From Octopus vulgaris (taxonomy: Eukaryota), in the NCBI GenBank assembly GCA_951406725.2, contig OX597817.1:45818001-45882000 (forward strand): a stretch of 64,000 bases of DNA. Direction: 5' to 3'. Under the pieces are notes generated by a model. It was not told the DNA's origin and did no database searches. It saw nothing but the letters and a program-made list of their open reading frames with translations. The position numbers were made by a program, and so were the translations under genes. Shown one piece after another: positions 1 through 11,727 of the stretch. How positions within the stretch are numbered: position 1 is the stretch's first letter; every line of letters starts with the position of its first letter.

Positions 1-1035
1 CTCAGCCACGCAGAGAGCTACGATCACAAGTTATGCAGATGATACAAAAGTTTCACAGGCAAAACAGAACCCTGAAGACACTATGCACCTGCAATGTGAC
101 CTGGACAAAATATACAAGTGGGCTAAAAAGAATAGCATGCAGTTCAATGCTGAAAAGTTTCAAGCTTTATACTATCAGCATGCAAAACTAAATGCAATAC
201 CCAATAAATACACTAGACCTGGAGGGATTACAATCCCAGAGGCACAATCAGTGCGAGACCTGGGTATTTATATGAGTGATGATGCACGCGTTCATGTGCA
301 TGTTGCTATGAAATTGGCAATGAAATGTAGGCGACTGACCGAATGGATTCTTAGAACCTTTAGAACAAGAGACCTGGAAACCATGATGGTCCTCTGGAGG
401 ATACCTGTCCTAAGCCACTTTGACTATTGCTCTCAGCTATGGTCACCATCCAGTGTCAAGTTAATCACAGAACTTGAGGCGATCCAACGAAGCTACACGA
501 AGAAGATGGCCTCTGTGCAGCATATAAGCTACTGGGAAATGCTCAAGAGATTAAGACTCTATTCCTTAGAGCGTAGGCGAGAAAGATATGCCATAATATA
601 TATCTGGAAGATCCTAGAAGGACGTGTCCCAAACTTTCGCCTCGAGAGTTACACAAATGCTAGACCTGGGCGCCACTGCATAGTGCCAAGGACTCCAAAT
701 TTGCCATCAAGATGTAGGACAAGATACTGTGATAGCCTGGGATTCCGAGGCCCACAGCTCTTCACTATCCTCCCGAAGAACCTGAGAGACCTGCATGGGA
801 TGGATGCAGATGTCTTTAAAATAAAACTGTATCTCTTCCTGTCAGGAGTCCCAGATGAACCAACTTCACGGCAGGAGGTGCAGATGAGGGCAGCTGCATC
901 GAACTCTCTCATGCACCAAATGGCAATTGCTTAAAAGCATTCGTGAATTAAAATCATGTAGTAACACCAAATGGCGGTGCCTCAGCATGACCACAGTTTG
1001 TGAGCTGAAACTAGGTAAAATAAAAAATAAAAAAA
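1..1035 (+). mobile_element. CR1/L2-group non-LTR retrotransposon, 3' portion with 3' UTR and A-rich tail (runs off the window start)
   Basis: The open frame from 2 to 934 contains the RT motif SYADDTK (YADD at 32-43), followed by CR1-type C-terminal motifs LQCDLDKIYKWAKKNSMQFNAEK, VRDLGIYM, FDYCSQLWSP, LEAIQRSYTK and LYSLERRRERY. The 3' end has a CAG..CTG stem-loop and an A-rich tail at 973-1035. Confidence 0.92.
2..934 (+). CDS. LINE ORF2 C-terminal part (RT domain end plus C-terminal region), 5'-partial
   Basis: ORF 83..934 extends in frame to the window start without a stop and includes YADD. Confidence 0.8.
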   Translation, partial: SATQRATITSYADDTKVSQAKQNPEDTMHLQCDLDKIYKWAKKNSMQFNAEKFQALYYQHAKLNAIPNKYTRPGGITIPEAQSVRDLGIYMSDDARVHVHVAMKLAMKCRRLTEWILRTFRTRDLETMMVLWRIPVLSHFDYCSQLWSPSSVKLITELEAIQRSYTKKMASVQHISYWEMLKRLRLYSLERRRERYAIIYIWKILEGRVPNFRLESYTNARPGRHCIVPRTPNLPSRCRTRYCDSLGFRGPQLFTILPKNLRDLHGMDADVFKIKLYLFLSGVPDEPTSRQEVQMRAAASNSLMHQMAIA

Positions 1036-1063
1036 TATATATGACGTTAAAAAGAAGCCCCTC

Positions 1064-1129
<66 letters not shown>

Positions 1130-1645
1130 ACTCTATCTTCACTAATTAAAACCCATGAAAAGGAACTAACAACCAAAGAGATTGACTTTCTAACAAACTT
1201 TAAATGCAAACCTAGCCTTTTCTATGGTCTGCCAAAAATTCATAAAAGCCAAATTATAAATGAAACCATTAAAAAAATCACCAAAGACATACTTACACAC
1301 ACCTAACCCGGGGGACCTAAAACTACGACCGATTGTACATGGCCCAACCTGTGAAACACACAGACTAAGTCTATTTATGGACATCCTCCTGAAACCCTTC
1401 CTTAAACATATCGATAGCCATATCAGAGATGACTTAGATATGTTAAACCACCTTCCAAAAAAGCCAAGGAAGAAACAATCCTGGTTTCATTTGATGTAGT
1501 TAACTTATATACCAGTATACCTCATAATTATGGACTAGAGGCACTACAGTTCTGGCTGGACCAATTTCCGGAAGAAATACCAAAAAGGATCAGTAAAGAA
1601 TTCATTACTAAATCAATTGAATTCATCCTACATAATAACCACTTC

Positions 1646-2923
1646 ATGTTTGACAATACATTTTACCGTCAAAAATCCGGGATTGCTATGGGTACAAGGG
1701 CAGCACCAGTCATTGCGAACCTAACAATAGGCTACCTGGAAATAATCATTTACCAGGAATCTTTATCAATCTTTGGAAACCCCCTTTCTCAATACATAAA
1801 AGAGAATTGGAAACGATTCTCAGACGATTGTTTTATACTCTGGAATGAAAACACAGATAAACTCTTAAAATTCAAAAACCTATTGAACAGCTTAAACCCA
1901 AATATACAGCTCACAATGGCTTACAACAAAAAGAAGCTCCCATTCCTGGATATACTAATTAAAAAAAATAACCTTAAAATAGAAACAGACATTTTTTACA
2001 AAGCCACAGACGCCAAACAATACCTACTTTTTGATTCATGCCACCGAAGACACACTAAAACAAACATCCCCTTCAACCTTGCAAGAAGTATATGCACAAT
2101 AGTGTCAGAACAAAATACCAGGAACTTTAGACTGCAAGAACTCAAAAACACCCTAATTGACAGACACTACCCAGCTCTACTCATAGAGGATGGGATCAGA
2201 CATGCAACAGAAATCAACATAGAAACTTTAAGAAAAGTTCAGCAGAACAACACACTTTCCCCGAAAATACTACCTTACATATCTACATACTACCCCAGAA
2301 ACAAAGAAGCCTTCACCATCATCACCCAGAATTTACCAATACTTCATAAAGACCACAAATTAAAGGAAATTCTAAACATACACCAAATCTTTAAAAGCTA
2401 CAAACAACCTAAATCACTTAAAAAGATTCTCACAAAGGCAAAATTGTTTTCTGAAATTACAGATGCAAAAGTAAAAAAATGTGGTAGATCGAACTGTGCA
2501 ACATGTCCAAACCTGCTAGAAGGATCAGAATTCCTCTTCAAAGAGGGACAGAAATTCAAGATCAAATCTAACTTTACTTGTGCCTCTGAAAACATAATTT
2601 ATGTCATAAAATGCTCGGGCTGCCACCAAGACTACGTGGGATCCACGGGACTATCACTCAGACGTAGATGCACACTGCATCGACAACAGATTTCAATACT
2701 AGAATACAGAATGATACCTTTTAGTGAGCACATTGAGAAATGTGCAAAGCAACTACTACAACAGTTTTTAATCTTTCCATTTTACCAATGTGCTATCGGA
2801 TCATCAACACAAATTAGACTAAACAAGGAAACATTCTTCATTGAAAAGTACAAGCCCAGACTTAACCATCTCAACATACTGATACAGAGAAATTCACACC
2901 AAGGGAAAGGCAAAAAAATTTAA
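1646..2923 (+). pseudogene. Longest intact frame of the PLE RT/GIY-YIG endonuclease polyprotein
   Basis: 425-aa ORF. The upstream RT motifs FYGLPKIHK and LRPIV lie in other frames (1124..1306 and 1260..1499), which implies frameshifts near 1280 and 1465. Confidence 0.85.
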
Positions 2924-3006
2924 GCGATTATCTCCCTTAAACCGGAAGAAATCACTCATTACCTCCCCTTATTTAGAACTCTTTTAAACATAAACATAAC
3001 GACGTT

Positions 3007-3043
3007 AGAAATTTGAAAAGCTAAACGCGAAACCGGTCTTTCT
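3007..3043 (+). ncRNA. Minimal type-I hammerhead-like motif, U3-A8 variant, in the PLE 3' end
   Basis: AGAAA-t-TTGAAAA-GC(taaac)GC-GAAA-CCGG-TC-TTTCT. Stem I is AGAAA/TTTCT, stem III is the palindrome ACCGGT, the triplet is GUC, and stem II is only 2 bp. Confidence 0.55.
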
Positions 3044-3154
3044 TCTAAACTATGTCATTGTAAGAAAAACATTTTTAATATTCTTCACACATATTGACTC
3101 AAATATATATTTTTTAACCTTTAAGCCTTCTGTAGTTTTTTTCACTTTTTACTA

Positions 3155-3220
<66 letters not shown>

Positions 3221-3327
3221 TAATCCAAAGAAGAAAACACAAAGAAAAAAACAACAAAAAAATACAGCAACGCGAGGACGTGGAACAAATGAAGTATTAT
3301 TGGACGCTCAGGAAGGGAAGAAGTAGG

Positions 3328-3362
3328 GTTTAACGTTTCGAGCGGAGCTCTTCGTCGGAAAC
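3328..3362 (-). ncRNA. Minimal hammerhead-like motif (CCGACGA core, U4C) in PLE terminal repeat
   Basis: Minus strand: GTTT-CCGACGA-a-GAGC(tcc)GCTC-GAAA-CG-TT-AAAC. Stem I is GTTT/AAAC and stem III is the palindrome ACGT. Confidence 0.6.
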
Positions 3363-3539
3363 ATAGGAGAAGGAAAGATCCCGAGAAGGCAAGACAGAGG
3401 AAAAAAATCGGCAGCGGTACTCACGAGGTCACATATTGAAAGACCGGAAGTAGAAAGGTGGAAGAATAATATTTTTTAAAGACAAGAGGGCTTTCAAAGA
3501 CAGTAGGTAGTATGTCAAAGACAACGCAAGTGAGGGGGG

Positions 3540-5070
3540 AATGTGTGGATGTGTGCGTGCGCGGAGGTCTGCGGGTGCGCGTGTGGATGTGTGCAATGAT
3601 GACACGTGTGTGTGTGTGTGTATGTGTGTATGGCGAACAACTGGCAAGTAGCTGGCCAGTATGTAAGAATAAGGAGTGGTGTTTTTGTTTCCAGCCACAG
3701 GTCAGAAACAAAGCGGTATGTGTGTGTGCGTGTATGTATATGTACCGTGTGTGTGTCTTGTTTGTAGTGTGTGTGTGTGTGTATGCGTAGAATTTGGGTG
3801 TGTGGCGAGTAACTGTGCTTAGCTTAGTGTATGTGTGCGTGTGTGCTTGTACGTGCGTGTGTGTGTATAGATATGTATGTATAATTGTGTGCATGTATGC
3901 ATAAATGTGTGCCGTGTGTATGTGATGTATGTGTGGGTTCATTTGTGTGTGTGTGTATGTATGTGCGTGTAGTTGTGTGTGCGTGTATGTGTGCGTTTGT
4001 AAGTGTGTGTGTAAGCGTATAGGGATGTATATGCGTGTATCCGTGGGGTTGAGAGTTTTGCGTGTGTGCATGCTTATGTGTGCGCATGGTTTTTTGTGCG
4101 CGTATGTGTGTGTGTGTTTGTACGTGTGTATGTCTATGCGTGTATTGTATATATATATGTAAATGCATGTGTGTGTGCGTGTGTGTATACGTGCGTGCGA
4201 GTGAATTTATGTATATATGTGCGTGTGTATACAAATGTAGAGGTTTATATGTGTGTTTATATGTTTATATGTTTATATGTATGTATATATATGTATGCAA
4301 GCACACACTTTATAATTGAAAAAATAATGAAAAAAAATGGTGTAGGTGTATGCGAATCCACAGGCACACACATACACACACTGAGGCACGCCTGCAATAC
4401 AGCCAACCCCATATGCATGTATGTATGTATGTATGTATGTATGTATGTATGTATGTATGTATGTGTGTATGTATGTATGTGTATGTATGTATGTGTGCAT
4501 GCGTGTATGTGTGTATGTGTGTATGTGTGTATGTGTGTGTGTGTATGTATGTATGTGTGGGTATGTGTGTGTGTATGTGTGTATGTGTATGTGTGTGTGT
4601 GTATGTAAGTATATGTGTATGTATGTGTGTATACATGTATGTATGTGTGTCTATGTGTGTATGCGTGTGTATGTGTGTGTGTATGTATGTATGCATGTAT
4701 GAATGTATGTATGTGTGTACGTATGTATATGTGTGTGTGTGTGTGAATGTATGCGTGTGTGTGGGGGGTTTTCTGGAATTGTGTGGGCGTAATGTACATG
4801 CGCGTGCTTGTGTGCGTGTGTGCGTTTACGTGCGTGTATATGTGTGTCTCTGCTAGGTGATTATAAGAGTGTGCGTATCTGTATGAATATTGCTTGCTGG
4901 TGTGTGTGCACGGGCATGTGTGTGTGCGCATGGAGGGGTGTGGGTGTGTGGTGGGTGTATAGGGGTGGAAGTATGTGTGCGTACATGTGCATGTAGGTTG
5001 TATGTGTGTGGTGTGTTGGAAGTAGGTGTGTTCGTGGATACGTGAGTATGTGTGTGTGTGTGTTTGTGTA
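3540..5070. repeat. Degenerate (TG)n/(TATG)n low-complexity region
   Basis: Direct inspection. It is the source of many His/Thr and Cys/Val pseudo-ORFs. Confidence 0.9.
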
Positions 5071-5858
5071 TAAGGACACAATATTAAAAAAAATTTTCTT
5101 GTGGGGAGAGATTGAGCGCAGACACTAAGAGGAGGGAGCTGCGTTGAGTCCGTGTGGGGTATTGGTCTGTAGAGTGAAAATGAAAGGTTGCTCCAAGTGA
5201 AGCCTGGATTGTGGAGGACCGTTGTATGGGGCGAGATGAAACACAGAGATGTCATCGGGGTATGGCTGGCCGAGCGGAAGTGACGTGCGACGGGAGTTGG
5301 ACCGTAGACGAAATCCCTTAGATGTTCGGCGAATCGGTCTGACAACCGACGTCCCATCTGTCCTATATACAGCATTCTGCAGAGGTTGCATTTAATGCGG
5401 TATATGAGACCAGACGATGTACACGTAAAAGAATGTCTGATCCGTACAGTTCGCTGGTTGGAAACGGTGAGAGCAGTGGTGTTGGTGATGAAGGGGCAGG
5501 TGTTGCAGCGGGATCTGGAGCACGGGAAGGATCCATGTGCGCTGAGGGGGGAGAAGAGAGGGTGCTACGGACCAGGAGGTCGCGTAGATTCCGGGCTCGT
5601 TTGAAGGAGGACAGGGGTGGGTTGGGGAAAATCAGCCGGGTCGTGGGATCGAGCTGGAGACGACGGAAGGCACGTAGTATCTTCCGACGAAGGGGTAGAG
5701 TAGAGGGGTGGAAAATGAGGGGAAAGGGAGTGCGGTTGGGAGTGGGTGAGAGGAAGGAGAAAGGGTCGATGCGAAGAGCGCGGGCGAGGGCGTTCAAGAC
5801 CAGGGTAGGTGGGTATCATCGATGCCTGAACAGGCGGGCCAGATATTGAAACTGGGTC

Positions 5859-5897
<39 letters not shown>

Positions 5898-5899
<2 letters not shown>

Positions 5900-6054
5900 G
5901 ACGGCTTCTTTCTGATTCCCTCTACCAAATCCAAGGCTTCGGTCGGCCCGAGGTTATAGTAGAAGACACATGCCCGAGGTTCCTCGCAATGGGGCCGAAC
6001 CTGGAACCATATGGCTGGCAAGCAAGCTACTTGCCGCACACCCATGCCTGCGCC
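5898..6054 (-). mobile_element. tRNA-derived SINE group B (CORE-like), 5' half
   Basis: Reverse complement of the GGCGCAGG..GGTAAGTAGCTTGCT..GGTTCAGTCCCACTGCG..TTGGGCAAGTGTCTTCTACTATAGCCTCGGG head seen in more than 10 copies in the window. Confidence 0.85.
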
Positions 6055-6094
6055 TGTATATATATATGCATACATACATACATACATACATACA

Positions 6095-6126
<32 letters not shown>

Positions 6127-7300
6127 CATATACAAATATCGCTTGATATTTATTCCTTTATTCAGATCGTTCCTCGTAAGTCTATAAATTGTGTCAAATA
6201 TAACCTTGTAATGCTGTTTTCCCCCTTAACTTAACTTACTTTCCTCCCAACATACTTAACAAATTAAGGATTAAATAACATATTTATTACTATGATATAT
6301 GGGTTGATTACCATTATACATGGGTTAACTACAATACTAATTTATAAGGAAATATAATTGAATGTTACGTTAAAAATTCATATTATTGCACAGTTAGCTA
6401 ACGTTTTAGCAAAGGGTGCATATTCTTTATTTCTGCTCGTTAGCTTCTAGTTCGCATTATGATTACCATATTTGTAATCAGTAAGACCCAACAATCCAGT
6501 CATTAACTTCTTAATATTTCTCCCAGAGCCATATATTCGGTATGATTGATGCGAAAATATTGCGTCAATAAGCGATGGGAACCAATTCTAATTAATTCTC
6601 GTATCAAAATAACTAATTAGAAATATTTTTTTATGGTTCCGAAATACGAAAGAGGAATCTGAAACTCAGGAATCATAAATACACGTACAGGCAAAATAAA
6701 ATGGGAATAATACTGTCAACAAATGAAGCAATACGTGTGCTTGAAAATTAAAAAAAAAATTATATATATATATATATAATCATATTTCTCTATATTTGAT
6801 GGAGATTAATATATTTTCAAATAGTCGTGCTTTTAAATCTGCTTTTACCGGATTAAGAAACATACTTTTGCTTTCTTCTGTTACTTTGAACAAATATTTA
6901 TAATGGTACTTGTAAAGATTTAGCTGTTTACCATGTTTACATTGTTGATAAACAAACATCTTAATACAGTTAAAATCTGAGAATGCTAATACCATAACAG
7001 AATTTCATTTACTCTCTGTTTATTTTGGAAAATAATCGTAATCTACTACCAAGCATGCACAAATACACATCTTAATTCCCAGTTGTAACATTGGAATTAG
7101 TGTAGCTCTCAAATATTTATGAGATAAGCACGAACGTTCTCTCCTCTGTAAATCGTTGAGATCTTCAATCTAGAACAAAGGCTAAAACACATAGTAATGT
7201 TTGCCTAAAGCTGCTGAGTGTAACAATTTGGGAAAATGCCTCAAAACTGCAGCGAGCGGTGTATTATATTACTTAAACAACCAGTAAGTTGGTTTACGTT

Positions 7301-7555
7301 GGAGGCGCGTGGCTTAGTGGTTAGGGTGTCAGCATCATGATCGTAAGATTGTGGTTTCGATTCCTGAACCGGGCGACGCGTTGTGTTCTTGAGCAAAATA
7401 CTTCATTTCGCGTTATTCCAGTCCACTCAGCTGGCAAAAATGAGTAACGCTGCGATGGACTGGTGACCCGTCGATCTGGCGAACACATACGCCACTGAAA
7501 CCGGGAAACCGGGCCCATGAGCCTGGCTAGGCTTTAAAAGGGCACATTTATTATT
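7301..7555 (+). mobile_element. tRNA-derived SINE group A
   Basis: A-box TGGCTTAGTGG and B-box GGTTTCGATTCC. The tail GAAACCGGGAAACCGGGCCCATGAG is shared with copies at 45765 and 56151. Near-TSD aagttggttta/aagttagttta. Confidence 0.85.
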
Positions 7556-7635
7556 ATTTGAAGTTAGTTTATGGAAGCACTGCATTCCTTTCATACCCTA
7601 ATCTTTCTCCCCACCTCACAATCCATTATATGTAT

Positions 7636-7760
7636 GGAGCGCCTGTGTGGTAAGTAGCTTGCTTACCAACTACATAGTTCCGGGTTCAGTCCCACAGCGT
7701 GGCACATTGGGCAAGTGTTTTCTACTATAGCCTCAGGTCGACCAAAGCTTGTCAGTGGAT
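7636..7760 (+). mobile_element. SINE group B, 5' fragment
   Basis: GGTAAGTAGCTTGCTTACCAAC..GGGTTCAGTCCCAC..TTGGGCAAGTGT matches the other copies. Confidence 0.8.
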
Positions 7761-8003
7761 ATGTGTGTATGTTTGTCTCCAATATTTTCCAAGGTTTAAT
7801 CACATCTCTACCATCTAAATTCAAGTCTACTTAGTTTCGAGTTTACAAATGAACACAACATCGGAGCTTGGTGTAATGTATTTACACACAATCGATTCAC
7901 CCAACTATACGCTGGGCCTCAATCATTTCTCTCATTGTGGTAAGGTACGAAATCAATACATCGAATAGATTAGTTTATAGAAATCCTTATATGTTCATGT
8001 GTA

Positions 8004-8074
<71 letters not shown>

Positions 8075-9122
8075 TTTTTATTTATAAAGTGTTAGGTGCA
8101 AGGATATATGAAGTGCAAACTTTTATAAGTAACATCAACCGACTAAAGAGTGGAAATAAATTTATATGATTGACAGATCTATTTCAAAATCAATAGTGAT
8201 AAAAGTGAACAACAACAACAAAAACAAAAATAATAATCTATGTTTCATGCACAGCGGAAAATGTGCCGAAAAATGGGAGATGCATAAAAGAAAGGTAAAA
8301 AAGCATATGAGAGAAATCTGGTTCTATGAAACGTAATGGAAAAAAAAAATACGTTTAAAAATATTTCATCGATAATTTATGAAACAGTTTCAACGTTTGC
8401 GCTATTGGAAATGTTTGAAATGTGGAGAAAATTACTGATATAAATCAATAGAATAACAAAATCAATAAAGAAAATATATTATTGACAATAACAAATACGA
8501 GAGACTAAATTTTTCTAATCTTCAAAGCATGGATTAAATGTGTACGATATATTTCTTCCAATGATTTCTCTCGATTCCCATTATTCCATTCCACCCTGTC
8601 TGTCTATATGTTTATGTATATTATTGTAGTAATGTACCTGTGTGTATGTATGTATGTATGTATGTACGCATATGCGTTTATCTATTCGGTTGCTCATCGG
8701 TAGATGAAGTGTAGTAGTAAAAGAAAATATTACAAAAAATAACAAAAAAACAAGTAATGGAGTATGAAGAGGAGAAGGAAAAGTAAAGTCGGGGGGTGAT
8801 TTTCTATTATCAGAAAATATTTTGAATTCATCTCTTTTTAAATTAAATGTTTGTGTTTGTAAAGGGACAAGAATCAATAAATTGATACAGAATTACGTAG
8901 TTTAATCTTCATATGTAAATATTTTTATGGATGCATGTTGTTATTTGGAGTTTCATTGCAATAATTATATACGCACAAACATGCGTTTATATGTATATAT
9001 ATACATCTACAAAATTATATTCACGTAAATACAGTAAGCAAACACAGAAACACTCAGACACAGGTGTGTATGATCATATGTATGGATGCCTGTATACATA
9101 CATACATACATACATACATACA

Positions 9123-9158
<36 letters not shown>

Positions 9159-9163
9159 TATAC

Positions 9164-9273
<110 letters not shown>

Positions 9274-9507
9274 ATGCTGATATATATATATATAGTTTTA
9301 AAAATAATTACCTTCGATTAGATAGAAAATAAACATTAACGAAAACGGACTCACTGTAGGATCTAACATTTATTATGTACATTGAGAATTATTTCGAAGC
9401 TTCACCTACGAAGTAAGACAAAGAAACTTTAAATATGCTTTGTAGGGCGTGTGTTTATGTGTTTATGTATTAAATGGCATTATATGTATGCATATACGTA
9501 TATATAC

Positions 9508-9562
<55 letters not shown>

Positions 9563-9813
9563 TCTAGGGAGACAGGCAAACGGGGCCTCCGCTGCGGACT
9601 AAGAGAAAAGTAATTGAAGAGGTTGTAAATAGCAACGAATGAAATTTGAAAAAGTAAGAAACAAAAACAAAATACACGACTTCCTCTTTAATTAAGTTAA
9701 ACAAACAATCGATTACTTCGTTACTAAGAAAACATGAGTGGAATTGAATGAGTGCCTGTGCCAATAATATTGGAATAATGACTCCCACTAGACATGTCAA
9801 AATTATATATATA

Positions 9814-10326
9814 TCTATATATATAAAACTGTAGTTGTGTGAGTGTCTGTCCCCTTCGATTTAGATTCCTAACTAGTCCCACATTTTGTGGTGCAGTTTA
9901 ACCAAATTCGGGTATCTTATAGTCGTGATTCATATCGAGCCCGTCTGAGTACTAGCTCGCGTCTACGATGAGTCTACGATTTTAAAAATAATTTAACATC
10001 ATTTTTTATTCCATTATAATGCATAATTTTTTGTGTGTCGATGGCAGCGGAGTTGGCGTCCATGGTCGCACCTGCACTTGTTTGCTTCTCCCCCTTCTTC
10101 CCTCCCTCGTGAAGCTGTGGGGAAGGGAGTGTAAGGAAATCAACGTCGTAAAGCGTTGTCAAGGAGACCAGCGTTCTTTTAGTACAACGACTTCATGGCT
10201 TGAAGACACCAAAACAGAAATGGCTAAGAAAGCCCGAATTGGCATCTATAAGGGAAGTAACTCTCTAAAAATGCTTATATAGTTATTTCCCTTACAAGCC
10301 TGAGCAACGCCGGGCGATACTGCTAG
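9814..10326 (+). mobile_element. Complete non-autonomous Helitron (513 bp)
   Basis: 5' A|TC(tatatatataaaactg..gtgtctgtc), a 3' GC-rich hairpin CCTGAGCAACGCCGGG at 10299-10314, and a CTAG|T terminus. It is inserted in an AT dinucleotide without a TSD, which are the canonical Helitron termini. Confidence 0.88.
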
Positions 10327-10351
10327 TATATATATATATATATATATATTA

Positions 10352-10452
10352 GAGGTGCAGGAATTGCATGTAGTAATTTGATTGCCCACCAGCCACATGG
10401 TTCCGGATTCAGTCCCACTGCGTGTCACCTTGTGCAAGTGTACCCTACTATA
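10352..10452 (+). mobile_element. SINE group B, 5' fragment
   Basis: GGTGCAGG..CCACATGGTTCCGGATTCAGTCCCACTGCGTGTCACCTTGTGCAAGTGT. Confidence 0.75.
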
Positions 10453-10461
10453 CCACTTTGA

Positions 10462-10600
10462 CTAAGCCACTTTGACTATTGCTCTAAGCTATGGTCACCA
10501 TCCAGTGTCAAGTTAATCACAGAACTTGAGGCGATCCAACGAAGCTATACGAAGAAGATAGCCTCTGTGCAGCATATAAGCTATTGGGAAAGACTCAAGA
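10462..10600 (+). mobile_element. Internal fragment of the CR1-type LINE at 1-1035
   Basis: Near-identical to 410-548 (ctaagccactttgactattgc...ctcaaga). Confidence 0.9.
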
Positions 10601-10609
10601 AATTTGGCA

Positions 10610-11166
10610 TTTTAATTGACTAATATCAATTTCTACCCTTATTAAATTTTATATAAAATAAATATATTCTCTAACCGGTAATTGACTGCTGCTACTTATT
10701 AGCTGCAGGTTGGTTTTGCCGGTCTCAGCGCGCCAAAGTGAAGGCATTTGAAAGATACATTCAAATATCATCGGTTGAACACCATTCATGCGAGACTCCG
10801 GTCAATCATTTTTGCATCTAGTCCAGCAAATTGTATTTTATAACAGACCATGCTGATGAGATTAAAGTTTATCCCTGCGGATAATAATAATCGAAACTGA
10901 TTCAGTACATGGGTAATTATTTTTATTTCGTATATTTTCATTTGTCTTGTTTAATGCTTTGGTTTTCTGTTGAGTTTTTATTTGAGAACATACTCTTTGT
11001 GTAAAATAGCAATTTAACGTCTATATCTAGCATGTTGACTGTCCCCCACTTTTCGTGTTCAGTCCTTTAAATTTGTATGTAAAAATATTTTAATCCCCGG
11101 ATTCTTTTAATATACTGGGTCGCTGGTTTTAATTGACTAATATCAATTTCTACCCTCATCAAATTT

Positions 11167-11171
<5 letters not shown>
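10610..11171 (+). mobile_element. Non-coding hammerhead-bearing element with 45-bp terminal direct repeats (PLE pLTR/retrozyme-like)
   Basis: ttttaattgactaatatcaatttctaccct(t/c)at(t/c)aaattttatat occurs at 10610-10654 and 11127-11171. There is a central hammerhead and the element ends in (TA)n. Confidence 0.7.
10848..10912 (+). ncRNA. Type-I hammerhead ribozyme, canonical core
   Basis: CCATG-CTGATGA-GATTA..TTATCC(ctgc)GGATAA..TAATC-GAAA-CTG(att)CAG-TA-CATGG. All three stems pair and the triplet is GUA. Confidence 0.85.
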
Positions 11172-11237
<66 letters not shown>

Positions 11238-11246
11238 TAGATAGAG

Positions 11247-11299
<53 letters not shown>

Positions 11300-11560
11300 T
11301 ACATATACATACATATACATACATATATATGTATATATATAAGTTAGAGTTTATGCAACCATCTAAGAGATAGATGTATCCGTATGCACTCCTGGTGTAT
11401 TACCTCAGTATGTATGGTCCTCGCTATAAGGTATACCGTAGTAGGTAATTTACAGATAAAACCGTGGTTTAATATACAGACGATAAAAAATGTAGCAATG
11501 ATTAACAATGATCCACTTCTCATTGTTGATCATCGCTCCATTTCTTATCGTCTCTCTCAC

Positions 11561-11727
<167 letters not shown>

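Larger units (their letters stand above)
1125..3158 (+). mobile_element. Penelope-like element (Neptune-type), 5'-truncated, RT plus GIY-YIG, two frameshifts
   Basis: Motifs across three frames: FYGLPKIHK, LRPIV, SFDVVNLYTSIP, GIAMG, WKRFSDDCF (YxDD-like), LPFLDI, Cys linker CGRSNCATC, and GIY-YIG-like NIIYVIKCSGCHQDYVGST. Bounded by (TA)n on the left and (TC)n(TA)n on the right. Confidence 0.93.
3217..5843 (-). mobile_element. Second Penelope-like element (Neptune-type), 3' part: thumb/linker plus GIY-YIG, long CA-rich 3' region, terminal repeat with hammerhead
   Basis: The minus strand 5843-5130 reads FPLIFHPSTLPLRRKIL..RARNLRDLLVRS, CSRSRCNTC and GLIYRIKCNLCRMLYIGQMGRRLSDRFAEHLRD. It is followed by CA-rich low-complexity DNA (5100-3540), then a terminal segment (3440-3217) that recurs at 15577, 38303 and 45329. 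Continuity across the CA region is inferred. Confidence 0.8.

Noticed and set aside
3421-5079. Numerous His/Thr- and Cys/Val-rich ORFs, and the YIYI, LSIY, poly-K and poly-M ORFs throughout the window
   Set aside because: They are translations of stop-free microsatellites on both strands and show no protein motifs.
6450-7280. Possible old LINE C-terminal relic on the minus strand (LIRIGSHRLL)
   Set aside because: Only one weak motif is present, with many stops.
7301-7375. tRNA-like sequences at SINE heads (also 56151)
   Set aside because: A and B boxes are present, but they continue into repeat bodies and lack a proper acceptor stem, so these are SINEs and not tRNA genes.
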